Source: Paraspadella gotoi (taxonomy: Eukaryota; Animalia; Chaetognatha). From it: a stretch of DNA of 64,000 nt. The DNA is taken from NCBI GenBank assembly GCA_051294375.1, contig CM119269.1, positions 18,402,471 through 18,466,470 on the forward strand. The letters are read 5' to 3'. Shown piece after piece: positions 53,026-64,000 of this stretch. Numbering within the stretch: position 1 is the first letter of the stretch; the number at the start of each line of letters is the position of its first letter. The notes below the pieces were generated by a model, which was not told where the DNA came from, ran no database searches, and saw only the letters and a program-made list of their open reading frames with translations. The position numbers and the translations under genes are program-made.

Positions 53026-53191
53026 GTCCAACGCAAGATCCGCGAGAAGTTCGAGGCGATGTTTCCCCAACCGCTTGACGCAGCCCGTCGTCTCGACGAC
53101 CATGATGAGGAGGATCGAGTGGCGGGCGGCGGTGATCATCCAGCGCGCCGCCAGGGCGTTCCTGGAGGCGCATCGGATGAAAAAGCTCAAG
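53026..53191 (+). CDS. Nav2: Nav alpha subunit IQ-motif exon (VQRKIREKFEAMFPNRLTQPVVSTTMMRRIEWRAAVIIQRAARAFLEAHRMKKLK)
   Basis: AG/GT bounded, phase 0-0 after removing one extra C. Shows the STT..R..E..AA..IQRA.R pattern of Nav C-termini. Confidence 0.9.
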
Positions 53192-53429
53192 GTGGAGAAA
53201 TAATGGAAAATACTATTTGTATTAGTCTGGTTGTTTTGCTTTTTTTTTGCCTTTCCATTTTTTTTTTCTCGTTTCTTATTTTCTAAATTTATTTACTTAA
53301 TTGTATTCGTTATTTTCGTTCGTCTTTAAATTACATCCAGGGCTTTCATCCGCCATTGAGGGTCAATTTAAAAGCTTTTAACTGATCCGCTCATATCTTC
53401 CCTCTCGTTTCCTTCCTTCTCTCTTCTAG

Positions 53430-53510
53430 GAACAGAGCCACCTCACCGCTTCCCTTCAAACGCTTACTCTTTCTCCGGAGAGAGGTGCTCGTCCTTCGTC
53501 TGCTCGACAG
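53430..53510 (+). CDS. Probable Nav post-IQ exon (EQSHLTASLQTLTLSPERGARPSSARQ)
   Basis: Polypyrimidine tract plus CTAG acceptor, CAG|GTAAAG donor, 81 nt open, phase 0-0. Confidence 0.7.
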
Positions 53511-53656
53511 GTAAAGTAATTCGAATTTATATTGTGAGTATTATGAGTATCGTTTTTATCTTTGCATTCTTATTGGTTTTGAAAATAAGCAATTAAAAAA
53601 ATTTAATATAAAAAAAAAAAAAAAAAAACAATGCTGCTCCCTCAACCTTACGCCAG

Positions 53657-54016
53657 GCCTTGACGCGGGCGTTAACGAGATCGGGCGAGGCGCTCAGCGC
53701 TATCGGTCGGCGCGTCAGCAGCGCCCTCTCCGTATCTAGCCTCCGTCGGAAAGCGGCGCGACCGGCGACGTCGCTCTCCGTGGCGACTTCGGGCGGCGCG
53801 CCGACCCCAGAAGCCTTCACCGACACGGACGCCGACCGTCGCCGCCAGAGCAGGCGGCGCCGTATTTTGAGGACCCATTTGACGAAGACGCCGGACCAAT
53901 GCCGCCGGAAAGAACCCCCAACGGCGTCGTGAAGACGCTGAATCTCTGGAGGAACTTTGCGTGGCGACGACGACGAGACTGCGACCACAACGACGACAAT
54001 GATAACGACGTTAAAG
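53657..54016 (+). CDS. Probable Nav tail exon (ALTRALTRSGEALSAIGRRVSSALSVSSLRRKAARPATSLSVATSGGAPTPEAFTD...); 3' half frameshifted
   Basis: GC-rich block after a CCAG acceptor, in frame with the previous exon. The 3' boundary (AAAG|GTTGAC) is uncertain. Confidence 0.55.
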
Positions 54017-54087
54017 GTTGACGAGGATCCTACGAAATTTTTAATTTATTAAAATATATAACTGACTGTCGCCTCTCAAATTTTCAG

Positions 54088-54363
54088 GAGGCGCGCCGCA
54101 GCGCTGGTTCGCGCGGCGGGAACAGGATCCGCGCCGGATCCAGACGCGGCGCCGTGGAGACGCCGAAAAACAACGCCAACGGAAACGGCGCCGTGGGCAT
54201 CAACTTCGCCAAAGGGAAACATCGTCAACAACTTCGTGACCAGGGAGTTGACGCCGGGCGGAGGGCGTTGGCGTCGCAGGGTCGCCGCACGGAGGAGAAA
54301 CGTTTGTTCGAAGGAGTTTCCTCCGATTTCTCTACAGGAGCGGTTCTAACTTTTAAGGCTTGA
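54088..54363 (+). CDS. Probable Nav terminal exon (EARRSAGSRGG...GAVLTFKA*)
   Basis: TTTTCAG acceptor, GC-rich open frame to TGA, followed by AT-rich UTR-like sequence with AATAAA at 54706. Confidence 0.55.
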   Translation, partial: EARRSAGSRGGNRIRAGSRRGAVETPKNNANGNGAVGINFAKGKHRQQLRDQGVDAGRRALASQGRRTEEKRLFEGVSSDFSTGAVLTFKA

Positions 54364-55576
54364 TATATATATATATAATTATATATATATATATCTGCTG
54401 AAAACATTTGTTATCATCGTTGAATATTTTGATTTGGATTTTTTTTGAACTTGCGAAAAATGAACTTAAAATGACTAAACGACCCAGGAGCAATTAATCA
54501 TTTAATTTGATGACAACTGATGACAGCCGCGAACCTCGAAACATTTGCATGACACAAAAATGTTTTTAGCTTCAAGTGAAAACACTTGCCCGATTCTCAA
54601 CAATTTTCTAACGATTCCCTTTTTTTCTCACTAGCTACATTTTAAGTACACAAACGCTCTGTCTTATCCTTTATCTCCATTTTGAATAATTTATCTCGTA
54701 ATTTGAATAAATTCATTTATATTAATTACGTTTATACATAGGAGAAAAAACTTTTGATCATGAAAAACGAGATAAACATCCTTTATCTAGTCACTTTCGA
54801 AAAAAAAAATTGTTTGTCAACTGCCATGATTTCATTCTTTTCAGCCAGTCCAGTTGTTCATATTATCCATTAGCATATTTTGCTGTAAATATTTTTTGTA
54901 ATCAATTGAAAAAAAAAATACATATTTTTTTAAAACGCGATGTGATAAAGTAGTTCAAGATTCTATTTTTTAATTAGAGAAAAATTTTAATTAAAGGTTA
55001 GAGATGATGAGTATATTAGTTCTTCTTGGGAGCCATAGGTAGATAAGAAATTGCAATTGATTCGAAAGATATTCGTCCAACAAAGGTTCATCTCACTTTT
55101 AAAGAAGACAAGCTTTGAAAGGCTGCAGCCGGAATTGTTTTTGAAAAAGGAAGGCGAAGATAGAGGGAGAAAGGGACAGAGGGGGAGTGGGGGTAGCGCC
55201 GCGAGTACTTCGAGGGAGCAACTCTAAAGTCACTTTTCGTGTCGGTCGGTCCGTCGGTTATGTCTGCCCGTCGGTCTGTCCCACTGACGTTAAAAATGCA
55301 TATAATTGGCAACAAAATATTCCGTTTCCATTTTTCCAATCATGAATTGATAATATCGCGATTCTTAGAAATAAACTTTTCATTTAAGCCTTGAAATTAT
55401 AATAAAAATATTAATAAAATACCATTTTAACCTACTTATTCCTTATTTCATTTCATTTCATTTCGGCCTCTTTTTCTCTCTCCCTTTATTTTTCCTTCTC
55501 TTTCTCTTCTCCGCAAAATGTTTTACCAAATCCTTAATCCCAACAGTTTTTCTCTAAATTTATATTTCTGTTACCT

Positions 55577-55790
55577 CCATCCATCCATCCATTTATCCAT
55601 TCATCCATCTATCCATCCACTCATCAATCCATTAATCCATCCATCCATCCATCTTTAGCGGCCTAAACAACAACAACAACAACCTCAACAACAACAACAA
55701 CTTTACAACTCGATCATCAAACAACCACTTAATCCCATCAAGTAAAGTCTCCCACACATCCATCCATCCATCATCCATCCATCCATCCAT
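55577..55790 (+). repeat. Compound (TCCA)n/(AAC)n microsatellite between the PLXDC and Nav 3' ends
   Basis: Visible tetra- and trinucleotide runs; inverted copy at ~62680-62885. Confidence 0.85.
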
Positions 55791-56354
55791 ACATCCTCTA
55801 CGTATACATTATTTTTCCACTGTCTCCTCCTTTACTCTCCATTTACCACTCACAACCCACAAGACGCACGAGTTTACGGTCTTTCCAAGTCGGTCTGTCT
55901 GTTGCACCAGCAAGAAACCGCTGAATTATTTGTTAGTTTTTTTTTTCGTGACCTTTTTAAAAAAACAAAATTTAAAACATCTGAGTACTCGCATTTTAAA
56001 GCTGTTTAAATATTTCTAACTCTTCGTCCCAAATTCACAAAAAATCCACGCGAAAAAAAGTTTTCATCCCTGTGTTTTCTTTCTTTATGTACACAAAAAT
56101 TAAATACAGATTGAATCAAAAGAAAACAAAAAAAGATATCATCACGAGGGACCAAAAAGTTTCGGCGCAAAAAATCGATAATTGACGAGAAATGTTTTTT
56201 TGTTTTGGTTTTAGTTTCCCTTTTTTTTTTTGTGGCGAAACTAGACACTTGGGGGGGGGGTGTGGAGAGAGTACGTGTTTATCGTCTAATCACGTCGTTC
56301 GGATTCCTCGTTCCTCAATCCGATCGATTCCATAAACGCGGCGCCTCCCAGAGT

Positions 56355-57565
56355 TCAGCGCCGGAGATCCTCGAAGCTCGGAGTAGCGCCAAAAAGCGGC
56401 GTTCTTCTTTTTTTTGGCGTGATAACGTCCATTTCGACGACGGGATCCGCGATCGCGAAAGTGACGCCACGCCCACTCCCCCCCCCTTTCCCCACACCCG
56501 GCGCCGCAATTTCACGTGGCGACGGCGGACGGCCGTAACCGTCTCCACGCGTCGGCGACGCCTCCATGTCGTCGAGTTCCTCGGCGCCGTTGTGTTTCCA
56601 AAACAACATCTTCGTCTTGAGGCGTCGTGGACGATGCTCGATTCAGCCAGAGGCCCGCCGTCGAGTTGGGGTGGCAATAGGCCCACGCCACGCCCGCCGC
56701 CACTACGGACACGAGGAGGAGAACGACGAGGACAACCACCACCACGCCTGAAAGGGGGGGGAGGTGGGTGGGGAGAGGAAAGTAGGATGGTGGGAAGGAG
56801 GGGAATTAGATAGGGGGTGGTGGAAAAAAGAGAAGGTAGGAATGGAAATGGACAAAGGTGCGAGGAAAGAAAAAAGGATGGTAACCAATTTTGGAATTAT
56901 TAGCATTTGCATAAAGAAACACATATATATAAATATTATTCAAATATTATTATAAAATAGTATTCAAATCGAGAAATGAATAAATATAGATATGAAAAAA
57001 GCTTACCTCCGACGCCGATACGATGCAGCAGACTTCTCCTGTCAGAATTGGAGCTCTCATCGCCTCCGTCCGTTTGGCTGCTCGACACTACCGTTCCTGA
57101 AGGGCATGGAGATAATGGGTAAGAAGCATGGAAACAATTGGTAATGGGGCATGGAAGTGCAATAAGGAGTGGGCGCGAAGGACATATAATGGGAAATGTT
57201 TTTTTTTTCTTCCTTCGAGACGTTTTTCCGCCAAAGCGTAATTACAGAGAGACATTAAAATGACGGGGAGATGCGATCGGAGAGAGTATAGCTCGCGTTA
57301 TGAAAGAGAAGAAAAAGTATTTCGAGAAACATAAAGGAATGAATTATGTCTCTTTGAAACGAAAACGGCGGATAAAACGAAACCGCCTGCGGCCTCGGCG
57401 CCATCCAGAAAATAAAACAAGAGAGCAACGCCTGACGCGGCACGTTTCATTCCGAGCGGAGAGAAAATAGTCCGTCGCAAAAAATGAGGGAAAAAGGTCA
57501 AGACGCCAAAGCCGTTGGCCTCTCCTTGGCAATGCATCTTTTTTTTTCGGCGATGGTTCCATTGG

Positions 57566-57640
<75 letters not shown>

Positions 57641-59125
57641 TGAGGAGAGAAGAGAGAGAGGAGAGAGAGAGAGAGAGAGAGAGAGACGAGAGAGAGAGCT
57701 CGTTTTGTCGGCGACCTCCACGGTGGTCTCTCCCGCCTTACCACGAGAAACTGTTTCCCTCTTTTTTTTGAAATCTTCTATTCTTGTTCTTCCCCCAAAA
57801 CAGCGAAGAAGCCCTACCCAAAATTCTTCTCTTTCCCGCCTTCTTTCCCCCTCATCCCCCCCAGAAAAAAATATCCTCCCCTCCTCTTCCTTCCTCCCCT
57901 TTTCGTCCAAATCTCGACGACTGTCGGCCTTTGACCCGACAGAGACAACCGACGTAAATACGGATTCCGTCGGGAACGCGACCGAAGGACCGTCGCCAGC
58001 TTCGTCGCCGCAGCCGCTGCCGAATCCGCCGCCGCCGCCTCGAGCCCCTGACGCTGCCTTTCGCGGTCCACGTCATCAATCATAAGATTTGTCGATGTTT
58101 ATACTTTTCCAGTTTATCATCTCGAATAAACGACGACGGACGACGACGACGACGACGACGAAGAAACCCATAACGACCGTAAAAACGACAACAACGACAA
58201 CAACGACGAAAACATGGAGCTATTTATGGATGATTCGGGCGCTCTCTTGGGGGCGGACGTTACGACGACGATGACGACGACGACGACGACTCCTCCATGA
58301 TGAGAATTTACCTTGGGCGTGATGGACTTCCTGGGTGACTCATTTATAGGCACGGAGGGGGCCGTGGGTGACTGATTTATGGGGTTTTTCTATGGGCGCG
58401 ACTGTACGGCGTGTATGCCTCACCAATCGGCGTGACTGTCGCGTTGACTCGACTCACCTATAGGTGTGACGGGCGCCTTGGGTGACGTAATGGTTTTGCA
58501 CTTTTCGCTTGGAATCGATCGTCCCTTCTCCTTGACAACCGCGAGCGAGCCAATCTTGGCGGTGTCGTCGAGGCCATCTAGGATATTACAAAGTAAGTTA
58601 TTGCACAGTAAACATTGTATATTAAAATATATTAAAAAGAGTTAGCCTTTTAATTCAGTTATAAAAACCGTAAGGAAATATAGTACACTTAGGACTGACT
58701 CTGAGATTACATTTGCAGCAAAACATGAATGACGCAAATCGAGATTACTGTTACAATTAATACAAAAATATGTATATTTTTCATTTAACAAAATCAGGCG
58801 CCCTCTTCCTTTACTTACCGGAACACCTTCTGGCAGCTTGACACCACTGGCAATCGAAGCTGGTGACTGTCGGGCTGCCAAGCACTGATGCAGCTTGTTT
58901 TGCTGAAAAGTTAGACATTGATGAATGGAGAGGAAAGGAAAGGAAGGAATAGAAGGAAAAGAAATAGAGGGAAGAAAAGAGATAAAGTAGATAAAATAGA
59001 TAAAGAAACAAGGAGAAATTACAAGAAAAAGCAATTGATGGAATCCTCTTCACCTGATTGCAGGTTGTCAAGGCCTTCATCAAAACGGCGGAGTGACCCT
59101 GAACCAAGTCTCCGGAATGTCAACC
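56355..59125 (-). CDS. PLXDC: Inverted copy of PLXDC exons 8-12 (59054-59125, 58819-58902, 58458-58577, 57007-57096, 56355-56747)
   Basis: Reverse complement of 59334-62106 with scattered indels. Confidence 0.85.
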
Positions 59126-59333
59126 CTGAGTTTAAAGAGGATATTTTTCTTTGTTTTCTTTTTGTTTTCTTGGTTTTAATTGTTGTTTTTTGTTCATCAG
59201 CTCTGAGCCAGATTCTTTATATGAAATCAAATGGTGTACAACCAATATAAAATTGTTCATTTCATTCAATAAATAAGCTATCCCGCCCCTGACTTTGGAC
59301 AANNNNNNNNNNNNNNNNNNNNNNNNNACTCAG

Positions 59334-59406
59334 GGTTGACATTCCGGAGACTTGGGTTCAGGGTCACTCCGCCGTTTTGATGAAGGCCTTGACAACCTGC
59401 AATCAG
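59334..59406 (+). CDS. PLXDC: PLXDC exon 8 (VDIPETWVQGHSAVLMKALTTCNQ)
   Basis: AG/GT bounded, phase 2 in and 0 out. Aligns to the PLXDC SAVEMTPLPTCLQ segment. Inverted copy at 59054-59125. Confidence 0.88.
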
Positions 59407-59561
59407 GTGAAGAGGATTCCATCAATTGCTTTTTCTTGTAATTTCTCCTTGTTTCTTTATCTATTTTATCTACTTTATCTCTTTTCTTCCCTCTATTTCT
59501 TTTTCCTTCTATTCTTTTCCTTTCCTTTCCTCTCCATTCATCCAATGTCTAACTCTTTCAG

Positions 59562-59646
59562 CAAACAAGCTGCAATCAGTGCTTGGCAGCCCGACAGTCC
59601 ACCAGCTTCGATTGCCAGTGGTGTCAAGCTGCCAGAAGGTGTTCCG
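59562..59646 (+). CDS. PLXDC: PLXDC exon 9, PSI domain (QTSCNQCLAARQSTSFDCQWCQAARRCS)
   Basis: CxxC...CxWC...RC PSI cysteine pattern, TCTTTCAG acceptor and G|GTAAGT donor. Inverted copy at 58819-58902. Confidence 0.93.
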
Positions 59647-59886
59647 GTAAGTAAAGGAAGAGGGACGCTGATTTTGTTAAATGAAAAATATACATATTTT
59701 TGTATTAATTGTAACAGTAATCTCGATTTGCGTCATTCATGTTTTGCTGCAAATGTATCTCAGAGTCAGTCCTAAGTGTACTATTTTCCTTACGGTTTTT
59801 ATAACTGAATTAAAAGGCTAACTCTTTTTAATATATTTTAATATACAATGTTTACTGTGCAATAACTTAACTTTGTAATATCCTAG

Positions 59887-60006
59887 ATGGCCTCGACCGA
59901 CACCGCCAAGATTGGCTCGCTCGCGGTTGTCAAGGAGAAGGGACGATCGATTCCAGCGAAAAGTGCAAACCCATTACGTCACCCAAGGCGCCCGTCACAC
60001 CTATAG
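59887..60006 (+). CDS. PLXDC: PLXDC exon 10 (DGLDRHRQDWLARGCQGEGTIDSSEKCKPITSPKAPVTPI); may extend to 60039 or 60151
   Basis: DRHRQDW...GC matches PLXDC2 GFDRHRQDWVDSGC. CCTAG acceptor, G|GTGAGT donor. Inverted copy at 58458-58577. Confidence 0.92.
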   Translation: MASTDTAKIGSLAVVKEKGRSIPAKSANPLRHPRRPSHL

Positions 60007-60754
60007 GTGAGTCGATCAACGCGACAGTCACGCCGATTGGTGAGGCATACACGCCGTCAGTCGCGCCCATAGAAAAACCCCATAAATCAGTCACCCACGG
60101 CCCCCTCCGTGCCTATAAATGAGTCACCCAGGAAGTCCATCACGCCCAAAGGTAAATTCTCATCATGGAGGAGTCGTCGTCGTCGTCGTCATTGTCGTCG
60201 TAACGTCGCCCCCAAGAGGCGCCCGAATCATCCATAAATAGCTCCATGTTTTCGTCGTTGTTGTCGTTGTTGTCGTTGTTACGGTCGTTATGGGTTCTTC
60301 GTCGTCGTCGTCGTCGTCGTCGTCGTTTATTCGAGATGATAAACTGGAAAAGTATAAACATCGACAAATCTTATGATTGATGACGTGGACCGCGAAAGGC
60401 AGCGTCAGGGGCTCGAGGCGGCGGCGGCGGATTCGGCAGCGGCTGCGGCGACGACGCTGGCGACGGTCCTTCGGTCGCGTTCCCGACGGAATCCGTATTT
60501 ACGTCGGGTTGTCTCTGTCGGTCAAAGGCCGACAGTCGTCGAGATTTGGACGAAAAGGGGAGGAGAGGAAGAGGAGGGGAGGATATTTTTTTCTGGGGGG
60601 GATGAGGGGGAAAGAAGGCGGGAAAGAGAAGAATTTTGGGTAGGGCTTCTTCGTGTTTTGGGGGAAGAACAAGAATAGAAGATTTCAAAAAAAGAGGGAA
60701 ACAGTTTCTCGTGGTAAGGCAGGGAGAGACCACCGTGAGGTCGCCGACAAAACG

Positions 60755-60810
<56 letters not shown>

Positions 60811-60816
60811 ATCTCT

Positions 60817-60880
<64 letters not shown>

Positions 60881-61354
60881 CCAATGGAACCATCGCCGAA
60901 AAAAAAAGATGCCATTGCCAAGGAGAGGCCAACGGCTTTGGCGTCTTGACCTTTTTCCCTCATTTTTTGCGACGGACTATTTTCTCTCCGCTCGGAATGA
61001 AAACGTGCCGCGTCAGGCGTTGCTCTCTTGTTTTATTTTCTGGATGGCGCCGACGGCCGCAGGCGGTTTCGTTTTATCCGCCGTTTTCGTTTCAAAGAGA
61101 CATAATTCATTTCCTTTATGTTTCTCGAAATTAACTTTTTCTTCTCTTTCATAACGCGAGCTATACTCTCTCGATCGCATCTCCCCGTCATTTTAATGTC
61201 TCTCTGTAATTACGCTTTGGCGGAAAAACGTCTCGAAGGAAGAAAAAAAAAACATTTCCCCATTATATGTCCTTCGCGCCAGACCTTATTGCACTTCCAT
61301 GCCCCATTACCAATTGTTTCCATGCTTCTTACCCATTATCTCCATGCCCTTCAG

Positions 61355-61444
61355 GAACGGTAGTGTCGAGCAGCCAAACGGACGGAGGCGATGAGAGCTC
61401 CAATTCTGACAGGAGAAGTCTGCTGCATCGTATCGGCGTCGGAG
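61355..61444 (+). CDS. PLXDC: PLXDC exon 11, juxtamembrane stalk (GTVVSSSQTDGGDESSNSDRRSLLHRIGVG)
   Basis: 90-nt phase 1-1 exon with AG/GT ends; same sequence in the inverted copy at 57007-57096. Confidence 0.8.
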
Positions 61445-61714
61445 GTATGGTTAAGCTTTTTTCATATCTATATTTATTCATTCATCTCGATTTGAATAAT
61501 ATTTATAATAATATTTGAATAATATTTATATATATGTGTTTCTTATGCAAATGCTAATAATTCCAAAATTGGTTACCATCCTTTTTTCTTCCTCGCCACC
61601 TTTGTCCATTTCCCATTCCTACCTTCTTCTTTTTTCCCACCACCCCCTATCTAATTCCCCTCCTTCCCACCATCCTACTTTCCTCTCCCCACCCACCTCC
61701 CCCCCCCCTTTCAG

Positions 61715-62106
61715 GCGTGGTGGTGGTTGTCCTCGTCGTTCTCCTCCTCGTGTCCGTAGTGGCGGCGGGCGTGGCGTGGGCCTATTGCCACCCCAACTCG
61801 ACGGCGGGCCTCTGGCTGATCGAGCATCGTCCACGACGCCTCAAGACGAAGATGTTGTTTTGGAAACACAACGGCGCCGAGGAACTCGACGACATGGAGG
61901 CGTCGCCGACGCGTGGAGACGGTTACGGCGTCGCCGTCGCCACGTGAAATTGCGGCGCCGGTGTGGGGAAAGGGGGGGGGGAGTGGGCGTGGCGTCACTT
62001 TCGCGATCGGCGGATCCCGTCGTCGAAATGGACGTTATCACGCCAAAAAAAAAGAAGAACGCCGCTTTTTGGCGCTACTCCGAGCTTCGAGGATCTCCGG
62101 CGCTGA
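61715..62106 (+). CDS. PLXDC: PLXDC terminal exon 12: transmembrane helix, YCHPNSTAGLWLIEHRP motif and cytoplasmic tail
   Basis: Hydrophobic VVVVVLVVLLLVSVVAAGVAWAY followed by a motif matching PLXDC Y.HPTS....F.IERRP. The tail frame is taken from the inverted copy 56355-56747, which ends FEDLRR*. Confidence 0.92.
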
Positions 62107-64000
62107 ACTCTGGGAGGCGCCGCGTTTATGGAATCGATCGGATTGAGGAACGAGGAATCCGAACGACGTGATTAGACGATAAAACGTCTCTCTCCACACC
62201 CCCCCCCAATGTCTAGTTTCGCCACAAAAAAAAAAGGGAAACTAAAACCAAAACAAAAAAACATTTCTCGTCAATTATCGATTTTTTGGCGCCGAACTTT
62301 TTGGTCCCTCGTGATGATATCTTCTTTTTGTTTTCTTTTGATTCAATCTGTATTTAATTTTTGTGTACATAAAGAAAGAAAACACAGGGATGAAACTTTT
62401 TTTCGCGTGGATTTTTTTGTGAATTTGGGACGAAGAGTTAGAAATATTTAAACAGCTTTAAAGCTGCGAAGTTAAATCCTCCAGATGTTTTAATTTTTTT
62501 TTTTTTTTTAAAGGTTCACGAAAAAAAATTAACTAACCAGATAATTCAGCGGTTTCTTGCTGGTGCAACAGACAGACCGACTTGGAAAGACCGTAAACTC
62601 GTGCGTCTTGTGGGTTGTGAGTGGTAAATGGAGAGTAAAGGAGGAGACAGTGGAAAATAATGTATACGTAGAGGATGTATGGATGGATGGATGGATGGAT
62701 GGATGGATGTGTGGAGACTTTACTTGATGGGATTAAGTGGTTGTTTGATGATCGAGTTGTAAAGTTGTTGTTGTTGAGGTTGTTGTTGTTGTTGTTTAGG
62801 CCGCTAAAGATGGATGGATGGATGGATTAATGGATTGATGAGTGGATGGATAGATGGATGAATGGATAAATGGATGGATGGATGGAGGTAACAGAATATA
62901 AATTTAGAGAAAAGACTGTTGGGATTAAGGATTTGGTAAAACATGTTGCGGAGAAGAGGAAAAGAGAGGAGAAATAAAAGGGAGAGAGAAAAAGAGGCGA
63001 AATGAAATGAAATGAAATAAGGAATAAGTAGGTTAAAATGGTATTTTATTAATATTTTTATTATAATTTTCAAGGCTTAAATGAAAAGTTTATTTCTAAG
63101 AATCGCGATATATATCAATTCATGATTGGAAAATGGAAACGGAATATTTTGTTGCCAATTATATGCATTTTTAACGTCAGTGGGACAGACCGACGGGCAG
63201 ACATACCGACGGACCGACCAACAGAAAAGTGACTTATAGAGTTGCTCCTCGAGTACTCGCGGCGCTACCCCCCACTCCCCCTCTGTCCCTTTCTCCCTCT
63301 ATTTTCGCCTTCTTTTTTCGAACAACATTCCGGCTGCAGCCTTTCAAAGCTTTGTCTTCTTTAAAAGTGAGATAGAACCTTTGTTGGACGAATATCTTTC
63401 GAGTCAATTGCAATTTCTTATCTAACCTGACCTCCCAAGAAGAACTAATATACTCATCATCTCTAACCTTTAATTACAATTTTTCTCTAATTAAAAAATA
63501 GAATCTTGACTACTTTATCACATCGCGTTTTAAAAATATGTAATTTTTTTTTTCAATTGATTACAAAAATATTTACAGCAAAATATGCTAATGGATAATA
63601 TGAACAACTGGACTGGCTGAAAAGAATGAAATCATGGCAGTTGACAACAATTTTTTTTTTTTCGAAAGTGACTAGATAAGGATGTTTATCTCGTTTTTCA
63701 TGATCCAAAAGTTTTTTCTCCTATGTATAAACGTAATTAATATAAATGATTAATTCAAATTACGAGATAAATTATTCAAAATGGAGATAAAAGGATAAGA
63801 CAGAGCGCTTGTGTTACTTAAAATGTAGCTAGTGAGAAAAAAAGGGGAATCGTTAGAAAATTGTTGAGAATCGGGCAAGTGTTTTCACTTGAAGCTAAAA
63901 ACATTTTTTGTGTCATGCAAATGTTTCGAGGTCGCGGCTGTCATCAGTTTGTCATCAAATTAAATGATTAATTGCTCCTGGGTCGGTTTAGGTCAGTTTA

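Larger units (their letters stand above)
54470..64000. repeat. Large inverted repeat, arms ~54470-59130 and 59328-64000, around a 25-N gap
   Basis: Reverse-complement match over PLXDC exons 8-12 and the 3' region. Confidence 0.93.

Noticed and set aside
52570-53070. Programmed frameshifting or pseudogenisation of the Nav exons
   Set aside because: Single-base indels at the same rate and type as between duplicated copies elsewhere; protein motifs are otherwise well conserved.
51660-54363. Nav gene nested on the same strand inside PLXDC intron 7
   Set aside because: Only the 3' exons are present, and the block is bounded by a split repeat indicating an inversion junction.

Overview
Invertebrate-animal nuclear DNA from a noisy, partly mis-assembled long-read scaffold. 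It has eight gaps of exactly 25 N, many fold-back inversions, exact and noisy duplications, indel errors and dense (GA)n/(CT)n, (GAC)n and (ATC)n microsatellites. Most ORFs in the supplied track are microsatellite artefacts. Two real genes can be read by hand. (1) A complete 12-exon plexin-domain-containing (PLXDC1/2-family) type-I membrane protein of roughly 710 aa. Its exons are scattered over both strands and often present in 2-3 copies, but all 11 splice junctions match in phase. (2) The last five exons of a voltage-gated sodium channel alpha subunit (Nav2/DSC1-like EF-hand region, IQ motif and long tail), lying tail-to-tail with PLXDC. Also present are two short interspersed repeat families, a probable LINE 3' fragment and a ~2.8 kb compositionally foreign island. 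I found no convincing new multi-gene system. The most interesting biology is in lineage-specific features of the PLXDC protein, and the dramatic palindromic/scrambled architecture is best explained as an amplification/assembly artefact.
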